From contig CP070648.1 of NCBI GenBank assembly GCA_020354555.1, positions 710,656 to 774,655 of the forward strand: a stretch of DNA of 64,000 bases, written 5' to 3'. This DNA comes from Armatimonadota bacterium (GTDB lineage Bacteria; Armatimonadota; Hebobacteria; GCA-020354555; CP070648). The notes beneath the pieces were generated by a model that saw nothing but the letters and a program-made list of their open reading frames with translations, was not told the origin of the DNA and did no database searches. The position numbers and the translations under genes were made by a program. This document shows positions 47,277-56,847 of the stretch, piece by piece; position 1 is the first letter of the stretch; each line of letters begins with the position of its first letter.

Positions 47277-48722
47277 TTGGCAATGCAGCACGACGACACG
47301 CCAATGGAGGAACCCACGGCGGCCCCGCATCGCACCTCGCGGGGCCGTATCGCAGCGGCGCTCGTCCTGTTGGCGCTCGCAGCCACCGGCCTCACCCTCG
47401 AATTCGCGATCACGCTCCGCGGCAATTGGGTGCTGCGCGACGCTCAGGCCCGCATGGACATGTTCGAGGGCGAGGTCGTCATGCGACTGTCGTACTACCT
47501 CTCAGGCATCCATCGGCGGGGCGCGCCCGCCACGCTGGCGGGGGACTTCGCGCGCAAATCCGCACGCACTGGCTTCGCCGGCGCGGCAGCCTACTTCGAC
47601 AAGGCCGCGGCGGGCTTCGCCGATCCGGATGACCAAACCGCAGCGGCCGCCTCCGCAGCCGCCCTCTACAGCCACGTGGGCGAGGACTTTCGAGCGCTGC
47701 GCGTCATCCAGCGCTCGCTGGCTACCGGCGACCGCGACGTGCTCTCGATGCTCGCGCGCCTCTACGCCAACCAACGCCCCGCCCCCGAATGGCTGCGCAC
47801 CAGGGAGTTCGACTGGATCGTCAGCCACGTGCCCGCCGCGCTCCTCATCGAGACCCAGCTCAATGAGAAGCTGGACCGAACCGCCCGCGCCGCCGACCTC
47901 AGGCGCGAGATGTATAACGCCGGTACCGCGGCGGCATTGCGCGTCGAAGTGCTGCTGCTGCTCGCCCTCGCTCTGACACTGGGAGGCGTCATCATCCTAG
48001 CGCGGGGGCTGTTCGCCTTGGGTTTCGGCCCGTACGCAGGGCTGCCGCAGCGGCGGTGGGGAATCTGGGAGGGACTGCAGCTCGTCGGCGCATGGTTGGT
48101 GCTCATGTTGATGCTCCAGCAATTCGGCGCACTTGGGGCCATGGCGGGTAGCGGCGGCTTCGCGGCGGGCATCCTGGCCTCGTACGCGCTCGCATCGCTT
48201 CTCGCGTTGGTCTGGTTCGCGCGGTCAGTTGCGCCGGCCGGCAGCGGCCTGAGCACAGCGGGCTGGCGGCCGCTAGGCCTCGGCCGGAGCGCAGCGCTCG
48301 GCCTTGCGACCTATGCCGCCGTGGTGCCCGTCGTCTTCGCCGCTGCAATCCTCGCCATGCGCACGCTGCCCCCGCCGCCGGCGAATCCGCTCATCGCACT
48401 CATGATTGAGACCAAGAGCTGGGGCGTACGCGGACTGTTTCTGATTCTGCTCTGCGTCGTCGCGCCCGTGGCCGAGGAGACCGTGTTCCGCGGCGGCCTC
48501 TACGGCGGCATGCGCAAGCGATGGTCGCTGCCGCTGGCCGCGCTCCTCAGCTCGGCGCTGTTCGCGGCGGTGCATCTCAACTGGGCGAGCTTCGTGCCCG
48601 TGATGGCCCTCGGCGTCGCTTTCTGCGTCATCTACGAGCGCACCGGATCGCTCCTCCCCGCGATGATCGCTCACGCCTTCTTCAACCTCGGCACCGCAAT
48701 CGCGATCTTCGCGTTCGCCTGA
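47277..48722 (+). CDS. CPBP-family intramembrane glutamic endopeptidase (CAAX protease/Abi domain) with large N-terminal extension
   Basis: The C-terminal Abi motifs are EETVFRGGLYG (EExxxR), FAAVHLNW (FxxxH) and MIAHAFFNLG (second His). The N-terminal ~250 aa are helical and soluble. Confidence 0.75.
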   Translation: MAMQHDDTPMEEPTAAPHRTSRGRIAAALVLLALAATGLTLEFAITLRGNWVLRDAQARMDMFEGEVVMRLSYYLSGIHRRGAPATLAGDFARKSARTGFAGAAAYFDKAAAGFADPDDQTAAAASAAALYSHVGEDFRALRVIQRSLATGDRDVLSMLARLYANQRPAPEWLRTREFDWIVSHVPAALLIETQLNEKLDRTARAADLRREMYNAGTAAALRVEVLLLLALALTLGGVIILARGLFALGFGPYAGLPQRRWGIWEGLQLVGAWLVLMLMLQQFGALGAMAGSGGFAAGILASYALASLLALVWFARSVAPAGSGLSTAGWRPLGLGRSAALGLATYAAVVPVVFAAAILAMRTLPPPPANPLIALMIETKSWGVRGLFLILLCVVAPVAEETVFRGGLYGGMRKRWSLPLAALLSSALFAAVHLNWASFVPVMALGVAFCVIYERTGSLLPAMIAHAFFNLGTAIAIFAFA

Positions 48723-48919
48723 CCGGCGATAATCGGCCGCGAGCCGCTCAACCCGGGTACCGCTCCCGCGACATTTGTGTTAGTCTAATGGAGTTCCGTA
48801 TCGGCGGAGGGCCCTCGAACCGTGGAATCGTACCCGGGGACTTCGTTGCGGAGAAACCCCGGGAGATGCGCTCCGCCCGCGCGTATGAATCATGCGCGCG
48901 CAGAGGGAAGAAACCTGAA

Positions 48920-49216
48920 GTGGCAAGGAAAACGGAGAGTTCGGGAGGGCCGGTGACCCTTCGCGTGCGCGTGCGCGCGCGGGCGAGCGCGGACGGGGTG
49001 CAGGCGGATTCCGCCTCGCGCGAAGTCATCGTGTCGGTCACCGCCCCGGCGGTCGAGGGCAAGGCCAACCGCGCCATGCTGGCGCAACTCGCAAAGCATC
49101 TCGGCACCTCCCGCTCGTCACTTCAGATCGTATCGGGTGAGAAATCGCGGCGCAAGGTCGTCCGCGTCCACGGCCTGGGCGAGGCCGAGGCGTGGCGGCG
49201 ACTGACCGGGCAATAG
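48920..49216 (+). CDS. DUF167 (YggU/UPF0235) family protein
   Basis: The ORF runs 48521..49216. The conserved DUF167 core is LRVRVRARASADGV...VIVSVTAPAVEGKANRAMLAQLAKHLGTSRSSLQIVSGEKSRRKVVRVHGL. The start is uncertain: GTG at 48920 with an AGGGAAG ribosome-binding site, or ATG at 48866. Confidence 0.65.
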   Translation: MARKTESSGGPVTLRVRVRARASADGVQADSASREVIVSVTAPAVEGKANRAMLAQLAKHLGTSRSSLQIVSGEKSRRKVVRVHGLGEAEAWRRLTGQ

Positions 49217-49336
49217 TCTCGCGGTCGGCGGTCCGAACTCCGCATGGCGGCGCCGCGCCGCGTGCCTGACCGACGACGGGGATGCCGCCGCGCACCACGG
49301 AGAATAGTTGACCACGACACCACGGAGGGCGTTACC

Positions 49337-50431
49337 TTGAAGGGAGTAGTTCTCGCCGGCGGCAGGGCAACCAGGCTGCGGCCCCTGACCCACACCATGA
49401 CCAAGCACCTCATCCCGCTCGCCAACAAGCCGATCATCTACTACTGCCTCGAATCCCTGGCCGTCGCCGGCATCACGGAGGTCGCCATCATCGTCGGCTG
49501 CCGCCACCCCGACTATCCCGGCAGCATTGACACCGGCCCCGAGATCATGGAGGCGGTCGGCGGCGGCGAGCGCTGGGGGCTCAAGGTCACGTACGTCCCC
49601 CAAGACGCCCCGCGCGGCATCGCGCACGCCGTCGGCCTCACCCGCGATTTCGTCGGCCGCGACCCGTTCGTCGTCTTTCTCGGCGACAATTTCCTGCCCT
49701 CGGGCATCGCCGATTTCACGCGCGAGTTCGAGCACGCCGCGCCCAACGCCATGATCCTGCTCTGCCGCGTGCCCAATCCCCGCGACTTCGGCGTCGCGGT
49801 CCTCGAGGGCGAGCACGTCACCCGCCTCGAGGAGAAACCGGAGCATCCGCCGAGCGATCTCGCCTTGGTCGGCGTGTACCTCTTCGACCACCATGTCTTC
49901 GACGCCATCGACGACCTCAAGCCCTCGCGCCGCGGCGAGCTGGAGATCACCCATGCCATCCAGTCTCTGATAGATGGCGGCCTCGTCGTGCGCTCGCATC
50001 AGGTCAAGGGGTGGTGGAAAGACACCGGCACCTTAAGCGACCTGCTCGAGGCCAACCGCATCGTCCTCGACACCCTCGAGGAGAGCAAACAGGGCGAGGT
50101 GGACGATCGCAGCCAGCTGCTCGGCAGCGTCGTCATCGAGGACGGCGCCGCAATTACCAACAGTATCATCCAAGGCCCGGCCATCATCGGGCGCAACGCC
50201 CGCGTCGCCGATTCCTTGCTCGGCCCGTACGTCTCCATCCATTTCGACGTCGAGATCGAGGGCAGCGAACTTGCCAACAGCATCGTCCTCGAGGAGAGCG
50301 CCATCCGCCACATTCCCGGCCGCATCCGCGACAGCCTCATCGGCAAAAACGTCGCCGTCCATGCCGCCGACCGCCGCCCGGGATGGCACCAATTCGTGCT
50401 CGGCGACTACAGCCAGGTGATTCTCACCTAA
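49337..50431 (+). CDS. Glucose-1-phosphate thymidylyltransferase-family sugar nucleotidyltransferase (long form with C-terminal left-handed beta-helix)
   Basis: The protein probably starts at TTG 49337 (GGAGGG ribosome-binding site; LKGVVLAGGRATRLRPLTHTMTKHLIPLANKPIIYY). The ORF track begins at 49244. The nucleotidyltransferase motifs are GGxGTRL-like and LGDNF. The C-terminus has hexapeptide repeats (IIGRNARVADSLLGPYVSI...). Confidence 0.75.
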   Translation: MKGVVLAGGRATRLRPLTHTMTKHLIPLANKPIIYYCLESLAVAGITEVAIIVGCRHPDYPGSIDTGPEIMEAVGGGERWGLKVTYVPQDAPRGIAHAVGLTRDFVGRDPFVVFLGDNFLPSGIADFTREFEHAAPNAMILLCRVPNPRDFGVAVLEGEHVTRLEEKPEHPPSDLALVGVYLFDHHVFDAIDDLKPSRRGELEITHAIQSLIDGGLVVRSHQVKGWWKDTGTLSDLLEANRIVLDTLEESKQGEVDDRSQLLGSVVIEDGAAITNSIIQGPAIIGRNARVADSLLGPYVSIHFDVEIEGSELANSIVLEESAIRHIPGRIRDSLIGKNVAVHAADRRPGWHQFVLGDYSQVILT

Positions 50432-50452
50432 CGGGGCCCTCGTGTCATCAGA

Positions 50453-51307
50453 ATGCTCCAGGCCGGGCAGAGCGCCCTCAATAACCCTATTCCGGAAGAG
50501 CCGCGGGCGCTTTCAGAAGGCCCGCAACTCCTTGCGCCGTCCACAGGAACGAGATTGACTCCAGCACATCCAATCGCGCCGCCGGTCTATCTCTCGCTCG
50601 TCATCCCGGCGCACGACGAAGAGGAGCGCATCGGCGCCACGCTCGAACGCGTTCTCGAATACCTGTCCGGCCGAGAGTACTCCTGGGAGGTCGTCGTTGT
50701 GGATGACGTCAGCAGCGACGGCACCGCCGAAGTCGTGTCTCGATTCCAGCAGCAGGAGGCGCGGCTGCGCCTGCTCCACCGCGCCGCCGACCCCGGCAAG
50801 GGCGCGGCGGTGCAGGCCGGCATGTTCGCCGCGAAAGGCCAGCGCGTGCTGTTTTCCGACGCGGACCTGTCCACGCCCATCGAGGAATCGGAGAAACTCC
50901 TCGACGCGGTCGAGCGCGAGGGGTATGATATAGCCATCGGCTCGCGCGGGCTGCCGCAGTCGGACCTCCGCGTGCGCCAGCCGTGGTACCGCGAGACGAT
51001 GGGGCGCGTGTTCAACCTGATGGTGCGCGCCGTCGCGCTGCGCGGGTTCAAGGACACGCAGTGTGGGTTCAAGCTCTTCCGCGGCGAAGTGGCCGCCGAT
51101 CTGTTCGGCCGCCAGACGATCATGGGTTTCGCCTTCGACGTCGAGATACTGTACGTCGCCATCAAGCGCGGGCTGCGGGTCAAGGAAGTGCCCGTGACGT
51201 GGATCAACGCCCCGCGCAGCAAGGTGGATCCGATCCGCGATTCGCTGCGTATGGCGCGCGATATGATGGGCATCCGATTCAAGAGCCTGCTCGGGCTCTA
51301 CAGGTGA
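50453..51307 (+). CDS. Family 2 glycosyltransferase (dolichyl-phosphate/polyprenyl-phosphate sugar transferase-like)
   Basis: The GT-A motifs are LSLVIPAHDEE, VVVDDVSSDGT, DAD (the DxD motif) and QCGFKLF. The exact start is uncertain. Confidence 0.8.
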   Translation: MLQAGQSALNNPIPEEPRALSEGPQLLAPSTGTRLTPAHPIAPPVYLSLVIPAHDEEERIGATLERVLEYLSGREYSWEVVVVDDVSSDGTAEVVSRFQQQEARLRLLHRAADPGKGAAVQAGMFAAKGQRVLFSDADLSTPIEESEKLLDAVEREGYDIAIGSRGLPQSDLRVRQPWYRETMGRVFNLMVRAVALRGFKDTQCGFKLFRGEVAADLFGRQTIMGFAFDVEILYVAIKRGLRVKEVPVTWINAPRSKVDPIRDSLRMARDMMGIRFKSLLGLYR

Positions 51308-51311
51308 AGCG

Positions 51312-52202
51312 ATGCGCGTAATGGTCACCGGCGCCGAGGGCATGCTCGGCAGAGCCGTCGTCGCGAGGCTTGCGCCCAAACATGACGTCGTCGGCGTTGA
51401 TATCGGCGATTTCGACATCACCGATCACGCCGCCGCCGAAGCGGCGATCGCCGCCGCGCGGCCGGACCTCGTGTGCCACTGCGCCGCCTATACCGACGTT
51501 GACGGCTGCGAGCGCGAGCCCGATCGGGCGTTCCGCGTCAACGCCCTCGGAACGTGGAATACCGCCTCCGCGTGCAGCGCGGCGGGCGCGAACATGATAT
51601 ACATCAGTACCGACTTCGTCTTCGACGGCGACAAGGGCGAACCGTACAGCGAATACGACGCGCCGCGGCCGCTCGGCGCGTACGGCGCCAGCAAGCTGGC
51701 CGGCGAGAGGCACGTCAGGGAACTGGTCCAGCGCCACTTCATCGTGCGCACCGCCTGGCTCTTCGCCGAGCACGGGCACAATTTCGTGCTCTCCATCCTG
51801 CGCAAGGCGCAAGAGCTGGCCGCCGCTGCGGTGGCGTCAGGCGGCGCGCCCGTGCTGCGCGTGGTGGCGGATCAGATTGGCTCCCCGACCTACGCGCGCG
51901 ATTTGGCCGACGCCATCGCGCGCCACATAGTTGATTCGCATCTCTACGGGACGTATCATATAACCAACGCTGGCTCCTGCTCGTGGGCCGAGTTCGCCGC
52001 CGAGGCGCTGCGCTACGCCGGCAGCCCGGCCCAGGTGGAGCCGATATCGTGGAAGGATTGGCCGAGCCCGACCCGGCGCCCGGCCTATGCGGTTCTGCGT
52101 CACTTGAGCCTCGAACTCCAGGGCCGCGACGATATCCGCCCGTGGCAAGAGGCCCTGGCCGAGACCGTGGCGCGGACCCAACTGGGAGGTGACGCCGGGT
52201 AG
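51312..52202 (+). CDS. rfbD: dTDP-4-dehydrorhamnose reductase
   Basis: The SDR motifs are MRVMVTGAEGMLGRAV, the catalytic YGASK, and STDFVFDG. The protein is 296 aa. Confidence 0.85.
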   Translation: MRVMVTGAEGMLGRAVVARLAPKHDVVGVDIGDFDITDHAAAEAAIAAARPDLVCHCAAYTDVDGCEREPDRAFRVNALGTWNTASACSAAGANMIYISTDFVFDGDKGEPYSEYDAPRPLGAYGASKLAGERHVRELVQRHFIVRTAWLFAEHGHNFVLSILRKAQELAAAAVASGGAPVLRVVADQIGSPTYARDLADAIARHIVDSHLYGTYHITNAGSCSWAEFAAEALRYAGSPAQVEPISWKDWPSPTRRPAYAVLRHLSLELQGRDDIRPWQEALAETVARTQLGGDAG

Positions 52203-52267
52203 CCTGCAGGCCTGTACACTCCACAGGCGATGGCTCTGCGTGTGAATGCGGATTAACGCGGGTTCGG

Positions 52268-52291
52268 GCGCGCGGTCTCCAGACCGCGCGT
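52268..52291 (+). terminator. GC-rich hairpin (9 bp stem CGCGCGGTC/GACCGCGCG, loop TCCA) followed by a T-rich tract (TGTTATT); candidate intrinsic terminator of rfbD or attenuator of ileS
   Basis: A perfect 9 bp inverted repeat lies in the 150 nt rfbD-ileS intergenic region. It is followed by GCGCGTGTTATTCG. Confidence 0.3.
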
Positions 52292-52353
52292 GCGCGTGTT
52301 ATTCGACTGGGCGCCCACGGACCGTCCCGCGGCTGGAGCAAGAACGGGAACCC

Positions 52354-55155
52354 ATGAAACGCGAAACTGCAAACGACTACCGGCAGACTCTGAATCTGCC
52401 GCATACCGATTTCCCGATGAAGGCCAACCTGCCGCAGCGCGAGCCGGAAACCCTGTGCTTCTGGGAGGACCTCGACATCTACGCGCGGATTCAGCAGCAA
52501 ACCGCCGGCCGCGAGCAGTACATCCTCCACGACGGCCCGCCCTATACCAGCGGCGACATCCATCTCGGCCAAGCGCTCAACAAGATCCTCAAGGACATCG
52601 TGGTCAAGTTCAAGTCAATGCAGGGCTTCGACGCGCCCTACGTGCCGGGATGGGATATGCACGGCCTGCCGACGGAGATGCGCGCCCTGCGCACGTTCGA
52701 TCTTGACCGCCGCGAGATCGACCCGATGGAGCTGCGCCGCCGCGCGCACGAAACCGCCCTCCACTTCATGGAGGTGCAGCGGCGCCAGTTCAAGCGCCTC
52801 GGCGTGCGCGGCGAATGGGAGCATCCCTATCTCACGGTTGACCCCGCGTTCGAGGCCGCCGTGCTCGGCATATTCCGCGATCTCGTCGCGCACGACGCCG
52901 TCTATCGCGGCCTCAAGCCCGTGTACTGGTGCGCCACCTGCGAAACCGCCCTCGCCGAGGCCGAGATCGAATACGCGCCCGCCACCTCGCCCTCGATCTA
53001 CGTCAAGTTCCCGGTCGTCGGCGACCTGCGCGAGCGCTTCCCCTCGGCGCCGCCCGATCTGCCTGCGTTCTTCGTGATCTGGACGACGACGCCGTGGACC
53101 CTGCCCGCCAACCTCGCCATCGCGGTGCATCCGGCGTTCGAGTACGCGCTGGTGCGGGCCAATGACGAGCTGCTCGTCGTCGCGAACGACCTCGTCGCGC
53201 CGGTGATGCAGGCCATCGGGCGTGCGGATTATGAGGTCATCGAGACCCGCCCCGGCGACAAGCTCGAAGCGATGCGCGCGCAGCATCCGTTCGTCGAGCG
53301 CGAGTCGGTGCTCGTGCTCGCCGACTACGTCACCCTGGAACAGGGCACCGGCCTGGTGCACACCGCCCCGGGCCACGGCCAGGAGGACTTCGAGACCGGC
53401 CGCGCATACGACCTGCCCGTGCTCAGCCCGCTCGACAACCGCGGCGTGTTCACGGACGAAGGCGGCAAGTTCGCGGGCATGCGCTACGATCAAGCCGACC
53501 CGGCCATCCTCGCCGAGATGCGCGAGCGGGGGGTGCTGCTGGCGAGCGAGGATTTCGAGCACTCCTACCCGCACTGCTGGCGCTGCCATCAACCGATCAT
53601 CTTCCGCGCTACCGAGCAGTGGTTCGTCGCGGTGGACAAGTTTACGCGTCAGGCGCTCGAGGCGATTGACGGCGCCACGTGGGTGCCGCCGTGGGGCAGG
53701 GATCGCATCACGGGCATGGTCGCCGAGCGCCCGGACTGGTGCATCTCGCGTCAGCGCGCGTGGGGCATCCCCCTACCCGCATTCTATTGCCTGGGGTGCG
53801 GCGCCGTGCTGCTTACGCCGGAGGTGGTGGACGCCGTGCGCGCGGTCATCGCCGAGCGCGGCAGCGACGCCTGGTTCCAGTTGCAGGCCGCGGATTTCCT
53901 GCCCGCCGACACGTGCTGCGCCTCGTGCGGCCGCGCCGACTTCCGCAAAGAGACCGATATCCTCGACGTCTGGTTCGACGCCGGCTCCACTCACGCCGCG
54001 GTGCTGGAAACGCGCGGCAACCTGCGCTCACCCGCCGACCTCTACCTCGAAGGCAGCGACCAGCACCGCGGATGGTTCCAGGCGTCCCTGTGGACCTCGA
54101 TCATCGCCCGTGGCCGCGCGCCGTACAAGTGCGTCCTGACCCACGGCTTCTTCCTCGATGAAACCGGGCGCAAGATGAGCAAGTCGCTGCAAAACATCGT
54201 GGACCCCAACGCGATCGCCGACCGCTACGGCGCGGACATCCTGCGCCTGTGGGTCGCCTACGTTGACTTCAAGTACGACATGCCGATGTCGGAGACCATC
54301 TTCGAGCAGGTCATCGAGGCCTACCGGCGCATCCGCAACACGGTTCGCTTCATGCTCGCCAACCTGTACGATTTCGATCCCGCGGCCGACGCACTCGAGC
54401 CCGGGGACCTGCTGCAATCCGATCGCTGGGCGCTGCACCGGCTCCAGGAGCTTGCCGCCAAGGCGACCCGTGCCTACGAGGAGTTCGAGTTCCACCGCGT
54501 TTACCACGGGGTCAATGAGTTCTGCGCCGTGGATATGTCGGCGTTTTATCTGGACATGTTGAAGGATCGCCTATATACTACCGCTGCCGGTTCGCGCGCG
54601 CGGCGCTCGGCGCAGACCGCCCTGTACGGGCTGGCGCACGGGCTGGCGCGGTTGCTCGCGCCGATATTGAGCTATACCGCCGAGGAAATCTGGCGACACT
54701 TGCCGGGCAACCACGAGGAGAGCGTGCAGCTCGCGCCGTGGCCCGCCCCCGACGAGCGGTGGCTCGACGAGGATCTCGCGCGCCGGTGGGAGCGAATCCT
54801 GCGTATTCGCGACGAGGTGAATGGCGCGCTGGAGCAGGCGCGCACGACGGGCGTGGTGGATCAGCCCTTGCACGCAGGGGTCACGCTCTACGCGCGCGAC
54901 GACGAGGCCGACCTGCTGCGCGGCTTGGGCGACGACTTGGCGCGCGTGCTCATCGTGTCGCACGCTGCGGTCAAAGACGCCGGGGAGGCGCCGCCGGGCG
55001 CCTTCGTGAGCAGTGTGGTGGACGGCCTGACGATCGAGGTCGCGCCAGCGGCCGGCAGCAAGTGCGCGCGGTGCTGGCTCGTATGTCCGAGCGTTGGCGA
55101 GCGGGACGACCATCCCGGTCTCTGCGCGCGCTGCGCCGACGTGATCAAGGAGTAA
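52354..55155 (+). CDS. ileS: Isoleucine--tRNA ligase
   Basis: The start is the ATG at 52354 (MKRETANDYRQTLNLPHTDFPMKANLPQREPE). The class I motifs are HLGQA (HIGH variant, as PPYTSGDIHLGQA) and KMSKS (GRKMSKSLQNIVDP). The C-terminal zinc-binding motif is CARCWLVC...CARCADV. Confidence 0.95.
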   Translation: MKRETANDYRQTLNLPHTDFPMKANLPQREPETLCFWEDLDIYARIQQQTAGREQYILHDGPPYTSGDIHLGQALNKILKDIVVKFKSMQGFDAPYVPGWDMHGLPTEMRALRTFDLDRREIDPMELRRRAHETALHFMEVQRRQFKRLGVRGEWEHPYLTVDPAFEAAVLGIFRDLVAHDAVYRGLKPVYWCATCETALAEAEIEYAPATSPSIYVKFPVVGDLRERFPSAPPDLPAFFVIWTTTPWTLPANLAIAVHPAFEYALVRANDELLVVANDLVAPVMQAIGRADYEVIETRPGDKLEAMRAQHPFVERESVLVLADYVTLEQGTGLVHTAPGHGQEDFETGRAYDLPVLSPLDNRGVFTDEGGKFAGMRYDQADPAILAEMRERGVLLASEDFEHSYPHCWRCHQPIIFRATEQWFVAVDKFTRQALEAIDGATWVPPWGRDRITGMVAERPDWCISRQRAWGIPLPAFYCLGCGAVLLTPEVVDAVRAVIAERGSDAWFQLQAADFLPADTCCASCGRADFRKETDILDVWFDAGSTHAAVLETRGNLRSPADLYLEGSDQHRGWFQASLWTSIIARGRAPYKCVLTHGFFLDETGRKMSKSLQNIVDPNAIADRYGADILRLWVAYVDFKYDMPMSETIFEQVIEAYRRIRNTVRFMLANLYDFDPAADALEPGDLLQSDRWALHRLQELAAKATRAYEEFEFHRVYHGVNEFCAVDMSAFYLDMLKDRLYTTAAGSRARRSAQTALYGLAHGLARLLAPILSYTAEEIWRHLPGNHEESVQLAPWPAPDERWLDEDLARRWERILRIRDEVNGALEQARTTGVVDQPLHAGVTLYARDDEADLLRGLGDDLARVLIVSHAAVKDAGEAPPGAFVSSVVDGLTIEVAPAAGSKCARCWLVCPSVGERDDHPGLCARCADVIKE

Positions 55156-55162
55156 GCGAGGG

Positions 55163-55534
55163 ATGAGATCGGCCGAGTTGGAGCGGTTCCGCAAGCGGCT
55201 CGATGCCGAGGAGCAGCGCCTGCTCGAGGAGCTGCGCGATATCGCCGGCAACAGGGGCCGCGGCAGCGAGGCGGAGGTCGTCATGGAGATGTCCGGCTAC
55301 GACGACCACCCGGCGGATATGGCCTCGGAGACGTTTCAGAAGGAAAAGGATCAGGCCGTCGTGGAGGGCATCCAGAATTCCCTCGCCCGCGTGCGCAATG
55401 CGCTTGCGAAAATCCGGCGTGGCACGTACGGCAAGTGCGACACCTGCGGCACACCGATCAGCCACAAGCGCTTGCGAGCACTCCCCTACGCGACTCTCTG
55501 CGTCGAATGCCAGGGGAGACGGGAGAACATCTGA
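55163..55534 (+). CDS. DksA/TraR-family C4-type zinc-finger protein (YlyA-like)
   Basis: The 123 aa protein has a coiled-coil N-terminus and a C-terminal CxxC-x17-CxxC motif (CDTCGTPISHKRLRALPYATLCVEC). Its position between ileS and lspA matches Bacillus ylyA. Confidence 0.8.
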   Translation: MRSAELERFRKRLDAEEQRLLEELRDIAGNRGRGSEAEVVMEMSGYDDHPADMASETFQKEKDQAVVEGIQNSLARVRNALAKIRRGTYGKCDTCGTPISHKRLRALPYATLCVECQGRRENI

Positions 55535-56070
55535 CGCGGCCCGAACGTCCCCAAAGTGCCAACGATCAGCTGCCGCGCGTCCCCGAGCAACGGAACCACG
55601 ACGACTTGATCCGGGCGCGCTGGCCGCTCCTCGTCGCGGTGGCGGTCGCCGCGCTCGCGGCGGATCAGGCGTCCAAGCTGGCCGCCCTCGGCATGCTGTC
55701 CGATAACCAGCCTCATCCGATCGCGGGGCGCTGGCTTTATTTCACCCTCGCGCGCAATCCGGGCGGCGCCTTCGGCATCCTGCCCCAAGCTGCCGTCTAC
55801 CTGATCGCGGCCTCCGCCGTGATCGCGCTCGTCATTCTGTTGTACGCGCGCGCCGCGCTTGCCCATTCGGCACTGCTCACAGTTGCCGTCGCCCTGCTGC
55901 TCGGCGGCGCCACCGGCAACCTGATTGACCGCCTGCGCCTGGGCCACGTCGTGGATTTCATAGACCTGCGCGTGTGGCCGGTGTTCAATGTCGCCGACAT
56001 CGCGATCACCGTCGGCGTCGCCCTCATCATTCTGGTGTGGCTGCTGCCCGACCGACGCGAGGAGCCATAG
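55507..56070 (+). CDS. lspA: Lipoprotein signal peptidase II
   Basis: The ORF runs 55435..56070. The likely start is the ATG at 55507, overlapping the upstream gene by 28 nt. The LspA motifs are ARNPGGAFG, GGATGNLIDRLRLGHVVDFID and FNVADIAITVG (catalytic Asp residues). Confidence 0.8.
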   Translation: MPGETGEHLTRPERPQSANDQLPRVPEQRNHDDLIRARWPLLVAVAVAALAADQASKLAALGMLSDNQPHPIAGRWLYFTLARNPGGAFGILPQAAVYLIAASAVIALVILLYARAALAHSALLTVAVALLLGGATGNLIDRLRLGHVVDFIDLRVWPVFNVADIAITVGVALIILVWLLPDRREEP

Positions 56071-56073
56071 CGC

Positions 56074-56847
56074 GTGCGACCCGTTTTCTTCAATCTCGGC
56101 CCCCTCTCGGTGCGCGCCTACGGCGTGATGCTCGTCATCGCGTTCGTCGTCGGCATCGCGTGGGCGCTGCGAGAGGCCGGGCGGCGGGAGCTGCCGCCGG
56201 AGCGCATGATTGACGCCGGCCTCGCGGCGCTGGTCGGCGGCCTGATCGGGTCGCGGGTGCTCTATGTCATCCTCGACCCCTACTTGGGCTGGCGCGACCT
56301 GCCCTTCATCTGGCGCGGCGGACTGTCGTTTCACGGCGGGCTCGTCGGAGGCATCCTCCTGGTTGCCCTGTACGGCGTCGCGGTGCGCGTGAGCCCTGCG
56401 CTTATATTCGACACCGGCGCGCCTTCGATGGCTCTCGGCTACGCCGTCGCCCGCATCGGCTGCTTCCTCAACGGCTGCTGCTACGGCGGCCCCACGCACC
56501 TACCGTGGGCGGCGCGGTTCCGCGACCCGACCACCGCCGAGCTGACTCCGCCCAGCCATCCTGCCCAGCTCTACGCCGTCCTCGGCGGTCTCGCCACCTT
56601 CGCCATCCTGCTCTGGCTCAGGGGGCGGGCCCGAGTCCACGGCCAGCTCTTCATCGCTTACATCGGCCTCTACGGCGTGCTTCGCTTCACGGTCGAGTTC
56701 TGGCGCAAGGGTTATACCTCCGGGCCCGAGATCGGCGGCCCCTTCACCGCGGCGCAGCTTGCGAGCATCGCCCTGATGGCCTTCGGGATCGCCGGCTGGC
56801 TCGGACTCAAGGCTTTAGGAGCACGCCGTCATGCGGCTGACGGTTGA
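56074..56847 (+). CDS. lgt: Prolipoprotein diacylglyceryl transferase
   Basis: The protein starts at GTG (FNLGPLSVRAYGVMLVIAFVVGIAWAL). The Lgt signature is GLSFHGGLVGG...ARIGCFLNGCCYG. There are seven hydrophobic helices. Confidence 0.9.
   Translation: MRPVFFNLGPLSVRAYGVMLVIAFVVGIAWALREAGRRELPPERMIDAGLAALVGGLIGSRVLYVILDPYLGWRDLPFIWRGGLSFHGGLVGGILLVALYGVAVRVSPALIFDTGAPSMALGYAVARIGCFLNGCCYGGPTHLPWAARFRDPTTAELTPPSHPAQLYAVLGGLATFAILLWLRGRARVHGQLFIAYIGLYGVLRFTVEFWRKGYTSGPEIGGPFTAAQLASIALMAFGIAGWLGLKALGARRHAADG

Noticed and set aside
52203-52353. Expected T-box riboswitch upstream of ileS
   Set aside because: The leader is only ~150 nt and contains no T-box core (AGGGUGGNACCGCG) or specifier-loop architecture. 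It is reported only as a hairpin/terminator candidate.
49118-53592. Minus-strand ORFs across the rfbA-like/GT2/rfbD/ileS region (49118..49999, 50513..51421, 51739..52572, 52615..53592)
   Set aside because: They are antisense to confidently identified plus-strand genes (ileS HIGH/KMSKS etc.). The products are Arg/Ala/Gly/Asp-rich.
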